DNA of 43,398 nt, taken from a virus. Position numbers and translations under genes: made by a program. The notes under the pieces are model-generated. The model worked only from the letters and a program-made list of their open reading frames with translations. It searched no databases and had not been told where the DNA came from. The DNA is taken from IMG/VR virus record IMGVR_UViG_3300032144_000025, positions 1 through 43,398 of that record; one strand, given 5' to 3'. The first letter of the stretch is position 1. Every line of letters starts with the position of its first letter. Positions 27,518 through 33,582 of the stretch are shown piece after piece.

Positions 27518-28018
27518 TTAAACAGCCGGTTGGCCGATGTCAAGACCTTCTTTGAAACGGTGGTAGGCTGCGGCTTTTTCCAACAGGTCGGCGGAGTCTT
27601 TAAAAGCGCCGGAGGCCAGATTGCAGCTGTTACACAACCAGCCGCGGGGCTCGCCTTCACGAAGGCCTGTATGCCAGTGGTCCAGCTTCAGCGATTCGAC
27701 GCTCTCTGCACAAATTTCGCACGGGCCGCTGCGCCTTTCGGCCGTGGCGTTTTTTATGCCGTGCCTGCGTCGAGAGCGAACCAGGTCATAGTCTTTTGTT
27801 TCCTGCTTCGCCCTTCTTTTTCGTTCATATGTTTTGAAATTATCCTTGTTTTTGCTATAATAAACGCGGCAGTCGTTTCTGTGTTTTTCTCGCCACGGAG
27901 CGTCCGAGTACCGCGCGCGGCGTTTGGCCAAGCGTACCTCGCGCTGCTCCGGGGTCTCAGCCGCGCGGCGCTTCCGCTCGGCCTCGGCCCTTTTTGCGCG
28001 GCGCTCAGCTGGCGTCAC
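27518..28018 (-). CDS. Endonuclease VII-type HNH nuclease (freestanding homing-endonuclease-like), copy 1
   Basis: GPCEICAESVESLKLDHWHTGLREGEPRGWLCNSCNLASGAFKDSADLLEKAAAYH matches the C.IC...LDHDH.TG..RG.LC..CN...G signature. Basic N-terminal region. Its 5' half (about 27780-27900) is conspicuously A/T-rich for this genome. Confidence 0.8.
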   Translation of the reverse strand: MTPAERRAKRAEAERKRRAAETPEQREVRLAKRRARYSDAPWREKHRNDCRVYYSKNKDNFKTYERKRRAKQETKDYDLVRSRRRHGIKNATAERRSGPCEICAESVESLKLDHWHTGLREGEPRGWLCNSCNLASGAFKDSADLLEKAAAYHRFKEGLDIGQPAV

Positions 28019-28259
28019 CCCGGTCCTCCTTCCAGTCCTTGTACACCTCGACGCCCAAACCGGGCGCGAGGGATTCCAGGTGGTTCTGGGCAGCGGCCGC
28101 CATGTCGCACGCCATGGCGTAGGCCTCGGCGTTCATCTCCAAGATGTGGGCCCGGAGGTCCAGCGCTCGGAGGTACTGGACGATGGCGTTGTCCAGGATG
28201 GGGTCTTCGGTCTCGGCGGTGTTTGCGGACTGGCCGTCCGCGGGCGTTGGGTTGGTCAT
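28005..28259 (-). CDS. Hypothetical acidic protein (84 aa)
   Basis: ATG start and good GC3. No motif. Confidence 0.45.
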   Translation of the reverse strand: MTNPTPADGQSANTAETEDPILDNAIVQYLRALDLRAHILEMNAEAYAMACDMAAAAQNHLESLAPGLGVEVYKDWKEDRGDAS

Positions 28260-28265
28260 GGCTCT

Positions 28266-28293
28266 ATGATGGCCACGCCCAATCGAACGTCAA
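28266..28293 (-). promoter_or_regulatory. Candidate promoter TTGACG-16-CATCAT, ATG 6 nt downstream (leaderless)
   Basis: Minus strand reads TTGACG TTCGATTGGGCGTGGC CATCAT AGAGCC ATG. Confidence 0.3.
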
Positions 28294-28297
28294 CCCG

Positions 28298-28621
28298 TCA
28301 CATCTGTCGCGGCATCCAGAAGACGGCCAGCCAGGTCACGTCCGTCGTGGTCTGGACGGTGGCCGGCGACATCCTGAACGTGTACACGCCGGCCGTGGCG
28401 AAGACCAGCGACACGGCCTCGCCGTCGTCGGTGTAGTCGAACTGGTCCCCGGCCTCGGCCTCCAGGACGATTTGGACCGGCCGCCCGCCGGCCTTGGCCG
28501 GGCCCGTCGTGGCCGAGACCGTCTGGCTGGGTGTTCGGTTCAGGTTCAGTTCAGTCGCGAACGACGTGAACAGCTTCGAAACCGAAGGCGGGTAGTGCAG
28601 GTCGGAGAGGGGAGCGGACAT
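28298..28621 (-). CDS. Hypothetical beta-rich protein (107 aa)
   Basis: ATG 28621 lies just downstream of a consensus promoter. The Arg-rich upstream extension in the ORF track (to 28777) is rejected. Confidence 0.45.
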   Translation of the reverse strand: MSAPLSDLHYPPSVSKLFTSFATELNLNRTPSQTVSATTGPAKAGGRPVQIVLEAEAGDQFDYTDDGEAVSLVFATAGVYTFRMSPATVQTTTDVTWLAVFWMPRQM

Positions 28622-28631
28622 CTCGTACCAC

Positions 28632-28660
28632 AGAATAGCAACGGCCCGGCCCGGTGTCAA
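28632..28660 (-). promoter_or_regulatory. Candidate strong sigma70-type promoter TTGACA-17-TATTCT, ATG 10 nt after the -10
   Basis: Minus strand reads TTGACA CCGGGCCGGGCCGTTGC TATTCT GTGGTACGAG ATG. The -35 hexamer is a perfect match to consensus. Confidence 0.5.
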
Positions 28661-28675
28661 CCACCGGGCCGGGCC
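28643..28675 (-). terminator. Perfect 14-bp GC hairpin (loop GTTGA) that carries the -35 of the promoter above. Possible terminator/insulator.
   Basis: GGCCCGGCCCGGTG / CACCGGGCCGGGCC, followed on the minus strand by GTTGCTATTCT. Confidence 0.4.
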
Positions 28676-28688
28676 GCGCGCCGGTCCT

Positions 28689-29228
28689 TCAGACCGGGAG
28701 CTTCGCGAGGATGGCCGCGAGGAGCGAATCCGTCTTGGCCTGACGGCCCTCGGCCTTCGTCTCCGAGAGGTCGACACGGAGCTGCGCGATGGTGTTGGCG
28801 TCGAGCTTCGCGTTCAGCTCCGCGAGGCCTTTCGCCACCTCGGCGAAGCGGTCCGCGTTCCGGACCTCGGCGTCTTTGCCTTGGACGGCCAGGTCGTACT
28901 TGGCCTGGGCGGTCTCGCGCTTGCCGTCCTGGACGTCTCGGTGGACGAACTCCGACCGCAACGCCGCGAACTGCGAGTCCTGGTTGCGCTGGGTGGAGGC
29001 GTCGCCTTGCTGAATCAACGCGGCCTGGTACACGTCGGAGTCGCTGTCGCCGCCGGGCGAGATGTAGGTCGGGTAAGGGGTGGCGACGATGCTGGGGCTG
29101 CCGTTGGAGTCTGCCATGGGTGGGGGGTATGCACTTTCAGGTGCCGACCCGTTAAGATTAAGTTCCCCGGAGTCGTCCAGGGTCGGCGTGGTGGGCGGTC
29201 TCATCGGGGGTCCTGCCAAAGTAACCAC
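28689..29228 (-). CDS. Hypothetical protein, C-terminal coiled coil
   Basis: ORF of 179 codons from GTG 29228. An internal ATG at 29117 (MADSNGSPS...) is an alternative start. Confidence 0.45.
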   Translation of the reverse strand: MVTLAGPPMRPPTTPTLDDSGELNLNGSAPESAYPPPMADSNGSPSIVATPYPTYISPGGDSDSDVYQAALIQQGDASTQRNQDSQFAALRSEFVHRDVQDGKRETAQAKYDLAVQGKDAEVRNADRFAEVAKGLAELNAKLDANTIAQLRVDLSETKAEGRQAKTDSLLAAILAKLPV

Positions 29229-29287
29229 CCCCGGGGGTGACGACGAGAGGAACGGGTGTCCTCATCAAAACCGCCCCGGCCGCGTGG

Positions 29288-29488
29288 TCAGTGTTGCGGG
29301 GCGCCACACCTGCCGCACAGCGACCCGGCCGGAGCGTAGACCAGACCGCCGCAGTTCCAGCACGCCCGCGGGCCGGGCGACGGTTTCTCTGCCCAGGCCT
29401 TAGCCGCTCGGGCCGCGGCGCGGTCGCGTCGGTACTCGAACCAGAGCTGAGCGACGGCCTGGCCGGCCAGGCGCAGCAGCGCGCTCAC
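29288..29488 (-). CDS. Small protein with C-terminal zinc ribbon (CWNCG...CGRCG)
   Basis: GTG 29488 forms a GTGA overlap with the amidase stop. Amphipathic N-terminus SALLRLAGQAVAQLWF. Confidence 0.35.
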   Translation of the reverse strand: MSALLRLAGQAVAQLWFEYRRDRAAARAAKAWAEKPSPGPRACWNCGGLVYAPAGSLCGRCGAPQH

Positions 29489-29931
29489 GACGTGGACTCC
29501 CGCAGCACCCGGGCCAGCTCGGCTCGCACTTCGTCGAGGTCCACCAACCGGCCGGGGCACGTCTTGGCCGTGGGGGCGGCGCGTAGTCGGGCGGGGGCTT
29601 CGCGGTGGCCGCAGACGTCCTCGGCGGAGAACCCGTAGCGTCGACAGACCTCCGCCAGGAGGCGCAGCCCGGTCCGCCACTGCGCCTGGGTCCAGGGTTG
29701 GGAATCCCCGTCGCCCGCGAACACCACTCCGACGGTATCGTTTGCTCCGCTGGTGTGTGCGCCGGCCTCGGCCTCGGCCCGGCCCTGGAAAACGTCGCCG
29801 TCGCGTTGCACGAGCCAGTGGTAGCCGATGTCGCGCCAGCCGTTCACCCGGACGTGGTAGTCGCGGACGGCTTCGACGGTGGCCTCGCCACGGACGGCGA
29901 CGGTGTGTAGGACGATTCCGCGGGGTCTCAT
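29485..29931 (-). CDS. N-acetylmuramoyl-L-alanine amidase (Amidase_2/PGRP, T7-lysozyme-like) endolysin
   Basis: IVLHTVA, GWRDIGYHWLV, GAHTSGANDTVGVVFAGDG and VCGHRE...KTCPG (His/His/Cys zinc ligands). ATG 29931 gives an ATGA overlap with the upstream small gene. Confidence 0.85.
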   Translation of the reverse strand: MRPRGIVLHTVAVRGEATVEAVRDYHVRVNGWRDIGYHWLVQRDGDVFQGRAEAEAGAHTSGANDTVGVVFAGDGDSQPWTQAQWRTGLRLLAEVCRRYGFSAEDVCGHREAPARLRAAPTAKTCPGRLVDLDEVRAELARVLRESTS

Positions 29932-30086
29932 CGGGCCTGCTCTTTCGTTGGAGGCGGGGGCATGGCCGCGACTAAGGCGCCGACGAGGCGCGGGTCGTAC
30001 GCCGCCGGGCCGTAGATTCGTTCCAGGGTCGCGAGGACCAGGGCGGCGGTGGCTTCCGTGACTGGGCGTGGTCGAGGGGAGGTCAC
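29928..30086 (-). CDS. Small hypothetical protein (52 aa)
   Basis: Below the ORF-track size cut-off. My own translation is VTSPRPRPVTEATAALVLATLERIYGPAAYDPRLVGALVAAMPPPPTKEQAR. GTGA overlap upstream and ATGA overlap downstream. Confidence 0.35.
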   Translation of the reverse strand: MTSPRPRPVTEATAALVLATLERIYGPAAYDPRLVGALVAAMPPPPTKEQAR

Positions 30087-30250
30087 GCCGGGCTCCTTTC
30101 GGCCAGGACCAAGGCCAAGGCCTCGTACCAGTCGTCCGCACGGAGGGCGCAGTGGTCGTCACACGGACACCCGGCGACTTCGTCTCGGACGGCCCCGGCG
30201 AAAGTCTCCTCGGCCGTCAGGACCACGAACCCGTCCTCGTCCAGCGTCAC
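30083..30250 (-). CDS. Small hypothetical Cys-containing protein (55 aa)
   Basis: My own translation is VTLDEDGFVVLTAEETFAGAVRDEVAGCPCDDHCALRADDWYEALALVLAERSPA. GTGA overlaps at both ends. Confidence 0.35.
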   Translation of the reverse strand: MTLDEDGFVVLTAEETFAGAVRDEVAGCPCDDHCALRADDWYEALALVLAERSPA

Positions 30251-30528
30251 GACGGCTCGTCCTCGCCTCGGCCGCGGCGCGGCCGGCCGGACTCGTCAAC
30301 CCAGTCGAGGGGGAACGGCTCGGCTCGCGTCCGGACGACGGGGACGACGGCCAGCCGGGTCTCTGGACCCGCGCCGGCCTCGGCCTCTTCCAGCGCGCGC
30401 TCCAACAGCCGGTCGTAGCGGAGCTGCAGCTCCGCGACCCGCCAGGGGTCTGCGGATGACGCACGGGCCCGGGCCAAGGATTCCCGGGCCCGTGCCAATT
30501 CGTCTTGGGTGGTGCGACGGCGGCTCAC
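30247..30528 (-). CDS. Hypothetical protein (93 aa)
   Basis: High GC3 and GTGA overlaps at both ends. Confidence 0.45.
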   Translation of the reverse strand: MSRRRTTQDELARARESLARARASSADPWRVAELQLRYDRLLERALEEAEAGAGPETRLAVVPVVRTRAEPFPLDWVDESGRPRRGRGEDEPS

Positions 30529-30728
30529 GGCGTCGGCTCGGGCGCGGCCGCGGCGAGGCCGGCCACGTCCGCCGCCAGGGCGAAAACGGAACGGCCGACG
30601 AGGCCCAGCCTCGCCGCGGAGACGTAGTCCGCCGACGGCCGCCAGGCTTCAGGGAGCCGGGCGGCGCCAGGGTAGCACCGGGCGACGGTGCGTGGGAGGC
30701 CGGAGGTGTGGGTGCGTAGCTTGGTCAC
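30525..30728 (-). CDS. Hypothetical protein (67 aa)
   Basis: GTGA overlaps at both ends. Confidence 0.4.
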   Translation of the reverse strand: MTKLRTHTSGLPRTVARCYPGAARLPEAWRPSADYVSAARLGLVGRSVFALAADVAGLAAAAPEPTP

Positions 30729-31009
30729 GAGGGGTCTCTTTCGTCTGGGGCCGGCGCCGAGCCGGCGGCGTTCAGGAGTCGGAGCACCTCCTCCGGCTCG
30801 GCCGGAGCCGCGACCAGCCCCAGCCCGACCGGCTCGTCGGCCAGGAACCGTAGCCGGGCCCGTCGGGCCTGGAGCCGGGTCACCCGGGCCGCGAGCCGCG
30901 CCGCGTCGTCCTGGGCCCGGGCCAGCTGGGCCTGCGCGTCGGCCAGGGCCGCCTCGGCCTCGGCCCGGGCCTCGCCTAGGTCACGCACGACTAGGGACAG
31001 GTCAGCCAC
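30725..31009 (-). CDS. Hypothetical coiled-coil protein
   Basis: GTG 31009 gives an 8-nt overlap with the upstream gene. The ORF track start TTG 31030 is an alternative. Ala/Arg/Gln heptad-like sequence. Confidence 0.45.
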   Translation of the reverse strand: MADLSLVVRDLGEARAEAEAALADAQAQLARAQDDAARLAARVTRLQARRARLRFLADEPVGLGLVAAPAEPEEVLRLLNAAGSAPAPDERDPS

Positions 31010-31406
31010 GGGCGCCGGCCTCCGCGTCAAACGTCACGAAGCCGGCCGCAGCCGCCGCGTGGGGGGAGACGCCCGGAGCGCCCGGCGCTCCGGCGCCGGC
31101 CTCGGCCCACGGCGCCAGGAGCGCCCGCGCTTCGTCAGAGGCGAGGCGGGCCACGGCCCCGACCGCGGCGAGGAGCGCCGCCCACCGCGCCCCGACCGCA
31201 CGCAGCCGGGCCTCGCCGGGGGCCTTGGCTTCGAGGGCCACCCACCGCTGCAGCCCGTCCAACAGCCGGGCCTCGGCCGTGGCGTAGGGCAGGCGTTCGC
31301 GGGCGACGAGGAGCGCGTCGGCCAAGGCCCAGACGGCCGGGTCGACGCCTTTGGGGACGGGCCGGCCGGAGCCGACGGTAGGGCGGGTGGGGGCGGGACG
31401 GGACAC
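31002..31406 (-). CDS. Hypothetical protein (134 aa)
   Basis: GTG start 6 nt after a -10-like hexamer. High GC3. Confidence 0.45.
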   Translation of the reverse strand: MSRPAPTRPTVGSGRPVPKGVDPAVWALADALLVARERLPYATAEARLLDGLQRWVALEAKAPGEARLRAVGARWAALLAAVGAVARLASDEARALLAPWAEAGAGAPGAPGVSPHAAAAAGFVTFDAEAGARG

Positions 31407-31412
31407 ACCCGC

Positions 31413-31441
31413 AGTATGCGCCCGGCCGGGCCGGGGCGCAA
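31413..31441 (-). promoter_or_regulatory. Candidate promoter TTGCGC-17-CATACT, GTG 6 nt downstream (leaderless)
   Basis: Minus strand reads TTGCGC CCCGGCCCGGCCGGGCG CATACT GCGGGT GTG. The -35 lies at the apex of a CCGGCCGG...CCGGCCGG hairpin (31422-31456). Confidence 0.3.
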
Positions 31442-31479
31442 GCCCTCGCCGGCCGGAACGGCGACGGCCCCGCGCCGGG

Positions 31480-31501
31480 CCTAGGAGGGGCCTAGGAGGG
31501 G
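31480..31501. repeat. Tandem 11-bp repeat CCTAGGAGGGG x2
   Basis: Counted directly. Each unit contains the palindrome CCTAGG. Confidence 0.85.
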
Positions 31502-31537
31502 CCAGCGGGGGCCGTGGCGGGGTCGGGTCGTCCGGGG

Positions 31538-31765
31538 CTACAAAAGCCCGCGCCAGACGGTCTCAGGGGCCGGCGGGGCCTGGCGACGGCGGGCGTCTCG
31601 CTCACAGTCGGCCAGGGCCTCGTCTAGGGTACTACGGGCCTCGCACGTCGCGTCGTGGTGCATGGTAGCCGGCTCGTTCAGGACGTAGGCCCACCCGCCC
31701 CACCAAGCGCGGCGCTGTGGCAGGAAGTAGCCGACGTGTGTTTTCTGGACTCGGTATTCTCGCAT
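31538..31765 (-). CDS. Hypothetical protein (75 aa)
   Basis: ATG 31765 is preceded by GGAGAC. The ORF-track upstream extension (to 31963) is Arg/Pro-rich and is rejected. Confidence 0.45.
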   Translation of the reverse strand: MREYRVQKTHVGYFLPQRRAWWGGWAYVLNEPATMHHDATCEARSTLDEALADCERDARRRQAPPAPETVWRGLL

Positions 31766-31780
31766 GGTCGGGGTCTCCGG

Positions 31781-31816
31781 CCCGCGCCGTCGAGCGGCGC
31801 GGGGTTTTCTCGTTTT
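31781..31816 (+). terminator. Terminator-like hairpin plus T-tract oriented for the plus (antisense) strand
   Basis: CCCGCGCCG-TCGAG-CGGCGCGGG followed by GTTTTCTCGTTTT on the plus strand. All neighbouring genes are on the minus strand. Confidence 0.3.
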
Positions 31817-31877
31817 GGGTTGGGGGTTTAGGAGGCCCAGCCGGGGCCGGGGCCTCGGCGGGCTACGGCTAGGGCGC

Positions 31878-32180
31878 TCACCAGGCGGCGTCACTCCCGT
31901 AGCGCTCAGCGTCGGGGCCGGCCGCTTCCCACGCGGCGCGGCGGTTCGCATCCGCTCGGTCACGCAGCGCCGTCCACCCGCCCACGCGGGCCAAGGCCTC
32001 GGCCGGCACGTACCACTCGCGGTCGAGAGACCCGTCGTGGCGGTTTGCGAACGAACGCCGGCCGACGGGGAGCCCGAGCTGGGCGGCCGCGTACTCCAGT
32101 TCCGAGTACCAGTTACTCCACCGGTTGTGGGCGTGCATCGAGATGATGGTGTAGGGCGCTTGGGTTTTCCACTTGGTCAC
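31878..32180 (-). CDS. Hypothetical Trp-rich protein (100 aa)
   Basis: GTG start 6 nt after a -10-like hexamer. Confidence 0.5.
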   Translation of the reverse strand: MTKWKTQAPYTIISMHAHNRWSNWYSELEYAAAQLGLPVGRRSFANRHDGSLDREWYVPAEALARVGGWTALRDRADANRRAAWEAAGPDAERYGSDAAW

Positions 32181-32186
32181 CCCACA

Positions 32187-32214
32187 AGCATAGCAAAAGG
32201 CCCGGACGCAGCAA
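32187..32214 (-). promoter_or_regulatory. Candidate promoter TTGCTG-16-TATGCT, GTG 6 nt downstream (leaderless)
   Basis: Minus strand reads TTGCTG CGTCCGGGCCTTTTGC TATGCT TGTGGG GTG. Confidence 0.4.
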
Positions 32215-32225
32215 GCGCCCGGGCC
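32195..32225 (-). terminator. Hairpin GGCCCGG-13 nt-CCGGGCC followed by TTTT. The -35 of the promoter above lies in its loop.
   Basis: Stem arms at 32219-32225 and 32199-32205, U-run at 32195-32198, read on the minus strand. Confidence 0.4.
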
Positions 32226-32304
32226 TCGTCTTAACTCACGCCTCCGGGCGTCAGTCGTCTAGCGCCACCGGTTTTTTCGGGCGAGGCGCGGCGGGGCGCG
32301 GCGC

Positions 32305-32640
32305 TCACCCCCAGACGCAGACGACGTCCGGAGACTTGGTGTACAGCGTCGCCGCCTGGTTTGTAGCGCCGGCGTAGCCGGCCAGCACGTGGCGGAGACG
32401 GTCCTCGGTGCCTTGGACGTACGGGGCCAAGACCAGGCACTCGACCACCGTCGTGGGCTCGGCCTCGCCGGCCCAGCGCCCCACGGCGTCGTAGACCGTC
32501 CCGCCGCCGCCCGGGAACGCCGCCAAGACTTGGTCGCGCCAAGCCTGAAGGGCGTACGGGCGAACGGGCGCGCCGTTTGCGTCGTGGTGCGCGAGAAACA
32601 CGCGGAATAGGACTCGGGTCTCTTCGCGGGGCGTGCTCAC
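32305..32640 (-). CDS. Hypothetical protein, DUF3574-like (tentative)
   Basis: GTG 32640 forms a GTGA overlap. RVLFRVFLAHHDANGAPV...WRDQVLAAFPGGGGTVYDAVGRW...VVECLVL resembles the DUF3574 pattern as I remember it. Confidence 0.3.
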   Translation of the reverse strand: MSTPREETRVLFRVFLAHHDANGAPVRPYALQAWRDQVLAAFPGGGGTVYDAVGRWAGEAEPTTVVECLVLAPYVQGTEDRLRHVLAGYAGATNQAATLYTKSPDVVCVWG

Positions 32641-32807
32641 GAGCCACCTCCGCCAGCCCAGACACCCAGGGACCAGAACGCTTGCGCGACCACGCTCAAC
32701 ACCGTCGCGAACACCATGGTCTGTAGGTACGTCCAGCGGAATTGCGCACCGGCCAAGCCGGCCGCGACTCCAGGCCCTACGCCACACACTAGCAATTGTA
32801 ACAACAC
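32637..32807 (-). CDS. Small two-TM membrane protein (56 aa)
   Basis: GTG 32807 is preceded by AGGAG with a 5-nt spacer. Sequence VLLQLLVCGVGPGVAAGLAGAQFRWTYLQTMVFATVLSVVAQAFWSLGVWAGGGGS. Confidence 0.45.
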   Translation of the reverse strand: MLLQLLVCGVGPGVAAGLAGAQFRWTYLQTMVFATVLSVVAQAFWSLGVWAGGGGS

Positions 32808-32904
32808 GTTTTCTCCTTGTTCGTTTCGTCGCGGCGCCGGGCGGCGCCCAAACCGCCGGGCCCTGGTCGGCCAGGGCCCTGGTACGTTTGGGCGGGGCGG
32901 GGGC

Positions 32905-33315
32905 TCAGCCGCCAAAGCCGTCAGGCGTCGGCCGGGCGTCGGAGGGGTCGACCGACACGAAGCCTGGGAAGGCATCGTCAGCGCGCTGGAAGAACGCGGG
33001 CCGGCCGGTCAGGGCCTCGAGAAGCCGGTCAAGCTGCGTGGTCGGCTTTTCGTACTCCGAGACGACCCGTTTGGCGAACGAGACGCCATACTCGTCGTCC
33101 TCGACTCCCTCACCCACCCACTGGACGACGCCGACGTCGTCGTGGGTGTGGTTCAGGAGGGAGACGACCAAGTGGCCGTCCTCGTCGCGGGTCACGCCGG
33201 CCGAGAAACGCTCCTGGGCGCCGTTGGGAAGCGAGGCGAGGATGCTCCAAGCGCGGCCCGCGTCGGCCGAGGCGGCGGGTGCTTCGCGGGACGAGTCGAA
33301 AGAATGAATGCACAT
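32905..33315 (-). CDS. Hypothetical acidic protein (136 aa), first gene after the structured intergenic region
   Basis: ATG 33315. The ORF-track extension to 33624 runs through the repeat/hairpin region and is rejected. Asp/Glu-rich. Confidence 0.5.
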   Translation of the reverse strand: MCIHSFDSSREAPAASADAGRAWSILASLPNGAQERFSAGVTRDEDGHLVVSLLNHTHDDVGVVQWVGEGVEDDEYGVSFAKRVVSEYEKPTTQLDRLLEALTGRPAFFQRADDAFPGFVSVDPSDARPTPDGFGG

Positions 33316-33363
33316 GGCTGGTTGGTTCCTTGGTTGGGCCCGCCAAGCGCGGCGGGTGAGTAG

Positions 33364-33391
33364 AGAATAGCGCGGGTCGGGAAGCGTGCAA
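33364..33391 (-). promoter_or_regulatory. Candidate promoter TTGCAC-16-TATTCT
   Basis: Minus strand reads TTGCAC GCTTCCCGACCCGCGC TATTCT, about 48 nt upstream of ATG 33315. Confidence 0.3.
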
Positions 33392-33505
33392 GCGGTTCCG
33401 TCACTTTTTTTTCCGGGGCCGGGGCGCCGGGGGCCGAGGGGCCCCGGCCCCCACACCCGCCCGGCGGCGACGAAGTGAAAACGAGAGTCGCCCCGTAGGG
33501 GTAGC

Positions 33506-33582
33506 CCGGACCCAGCACGAAAACCGCTGGGTCCGGTGTCTGGGTCCCGAAAACAGGACCCAGCACGAAAACCGCTGGGTCC
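33506..33582. repeat. Two exact 27-bp dyad-symmetric direct repeats plus a bridging hairpin
   Basis: GGACCCAGCACGAAAACCGCTGGGTCC occurs at 33508-33534 and 33556-33582. Each copy is a 9-bp stem with a 9-nt loop. CTGGGTCC-CGAAAACA-GGACCCAG (33540-33563) bridges them. Confidence 0.85.

Noticed and set aside
27530-29155. 541-aa plus-strand ORF
   Set aside because: It is antisense to the Endo VII gene and four small minus-strand genes, each with its own promoter or coupling signals. Its sequence is Arg/Pro-rich.
29485-30162. Full 225-aa version of the amidase ORF
   Set aside because: The upstream 77 residues are Pro/Arg-rich and are overlapped by two start/stop-coupled small genes in another frame. 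The amidase domain begins at the ATGA-coupled ATG 29931.
31034-31441. 135-aa minus-strand ORF and several plus-strand ORFs in 30049-31668
   Set aside because: They are alternative frames of the coupled small-gene chain. They lack start/stop coupling and are Arg/Pro/Gly-rich. The chosen frames are linked by GTGA overlaps and have high GC3.
33506-33582. The 27-bp direct repeats as a CRISPR array
   Set aside because: There are only two copies, separated by a 21-nt spacer that itself shares the repeat arms. No cas genes are present beyond a lone Cas4-like exonuclease 4 kb away, of the kind common in phage recombination modules.
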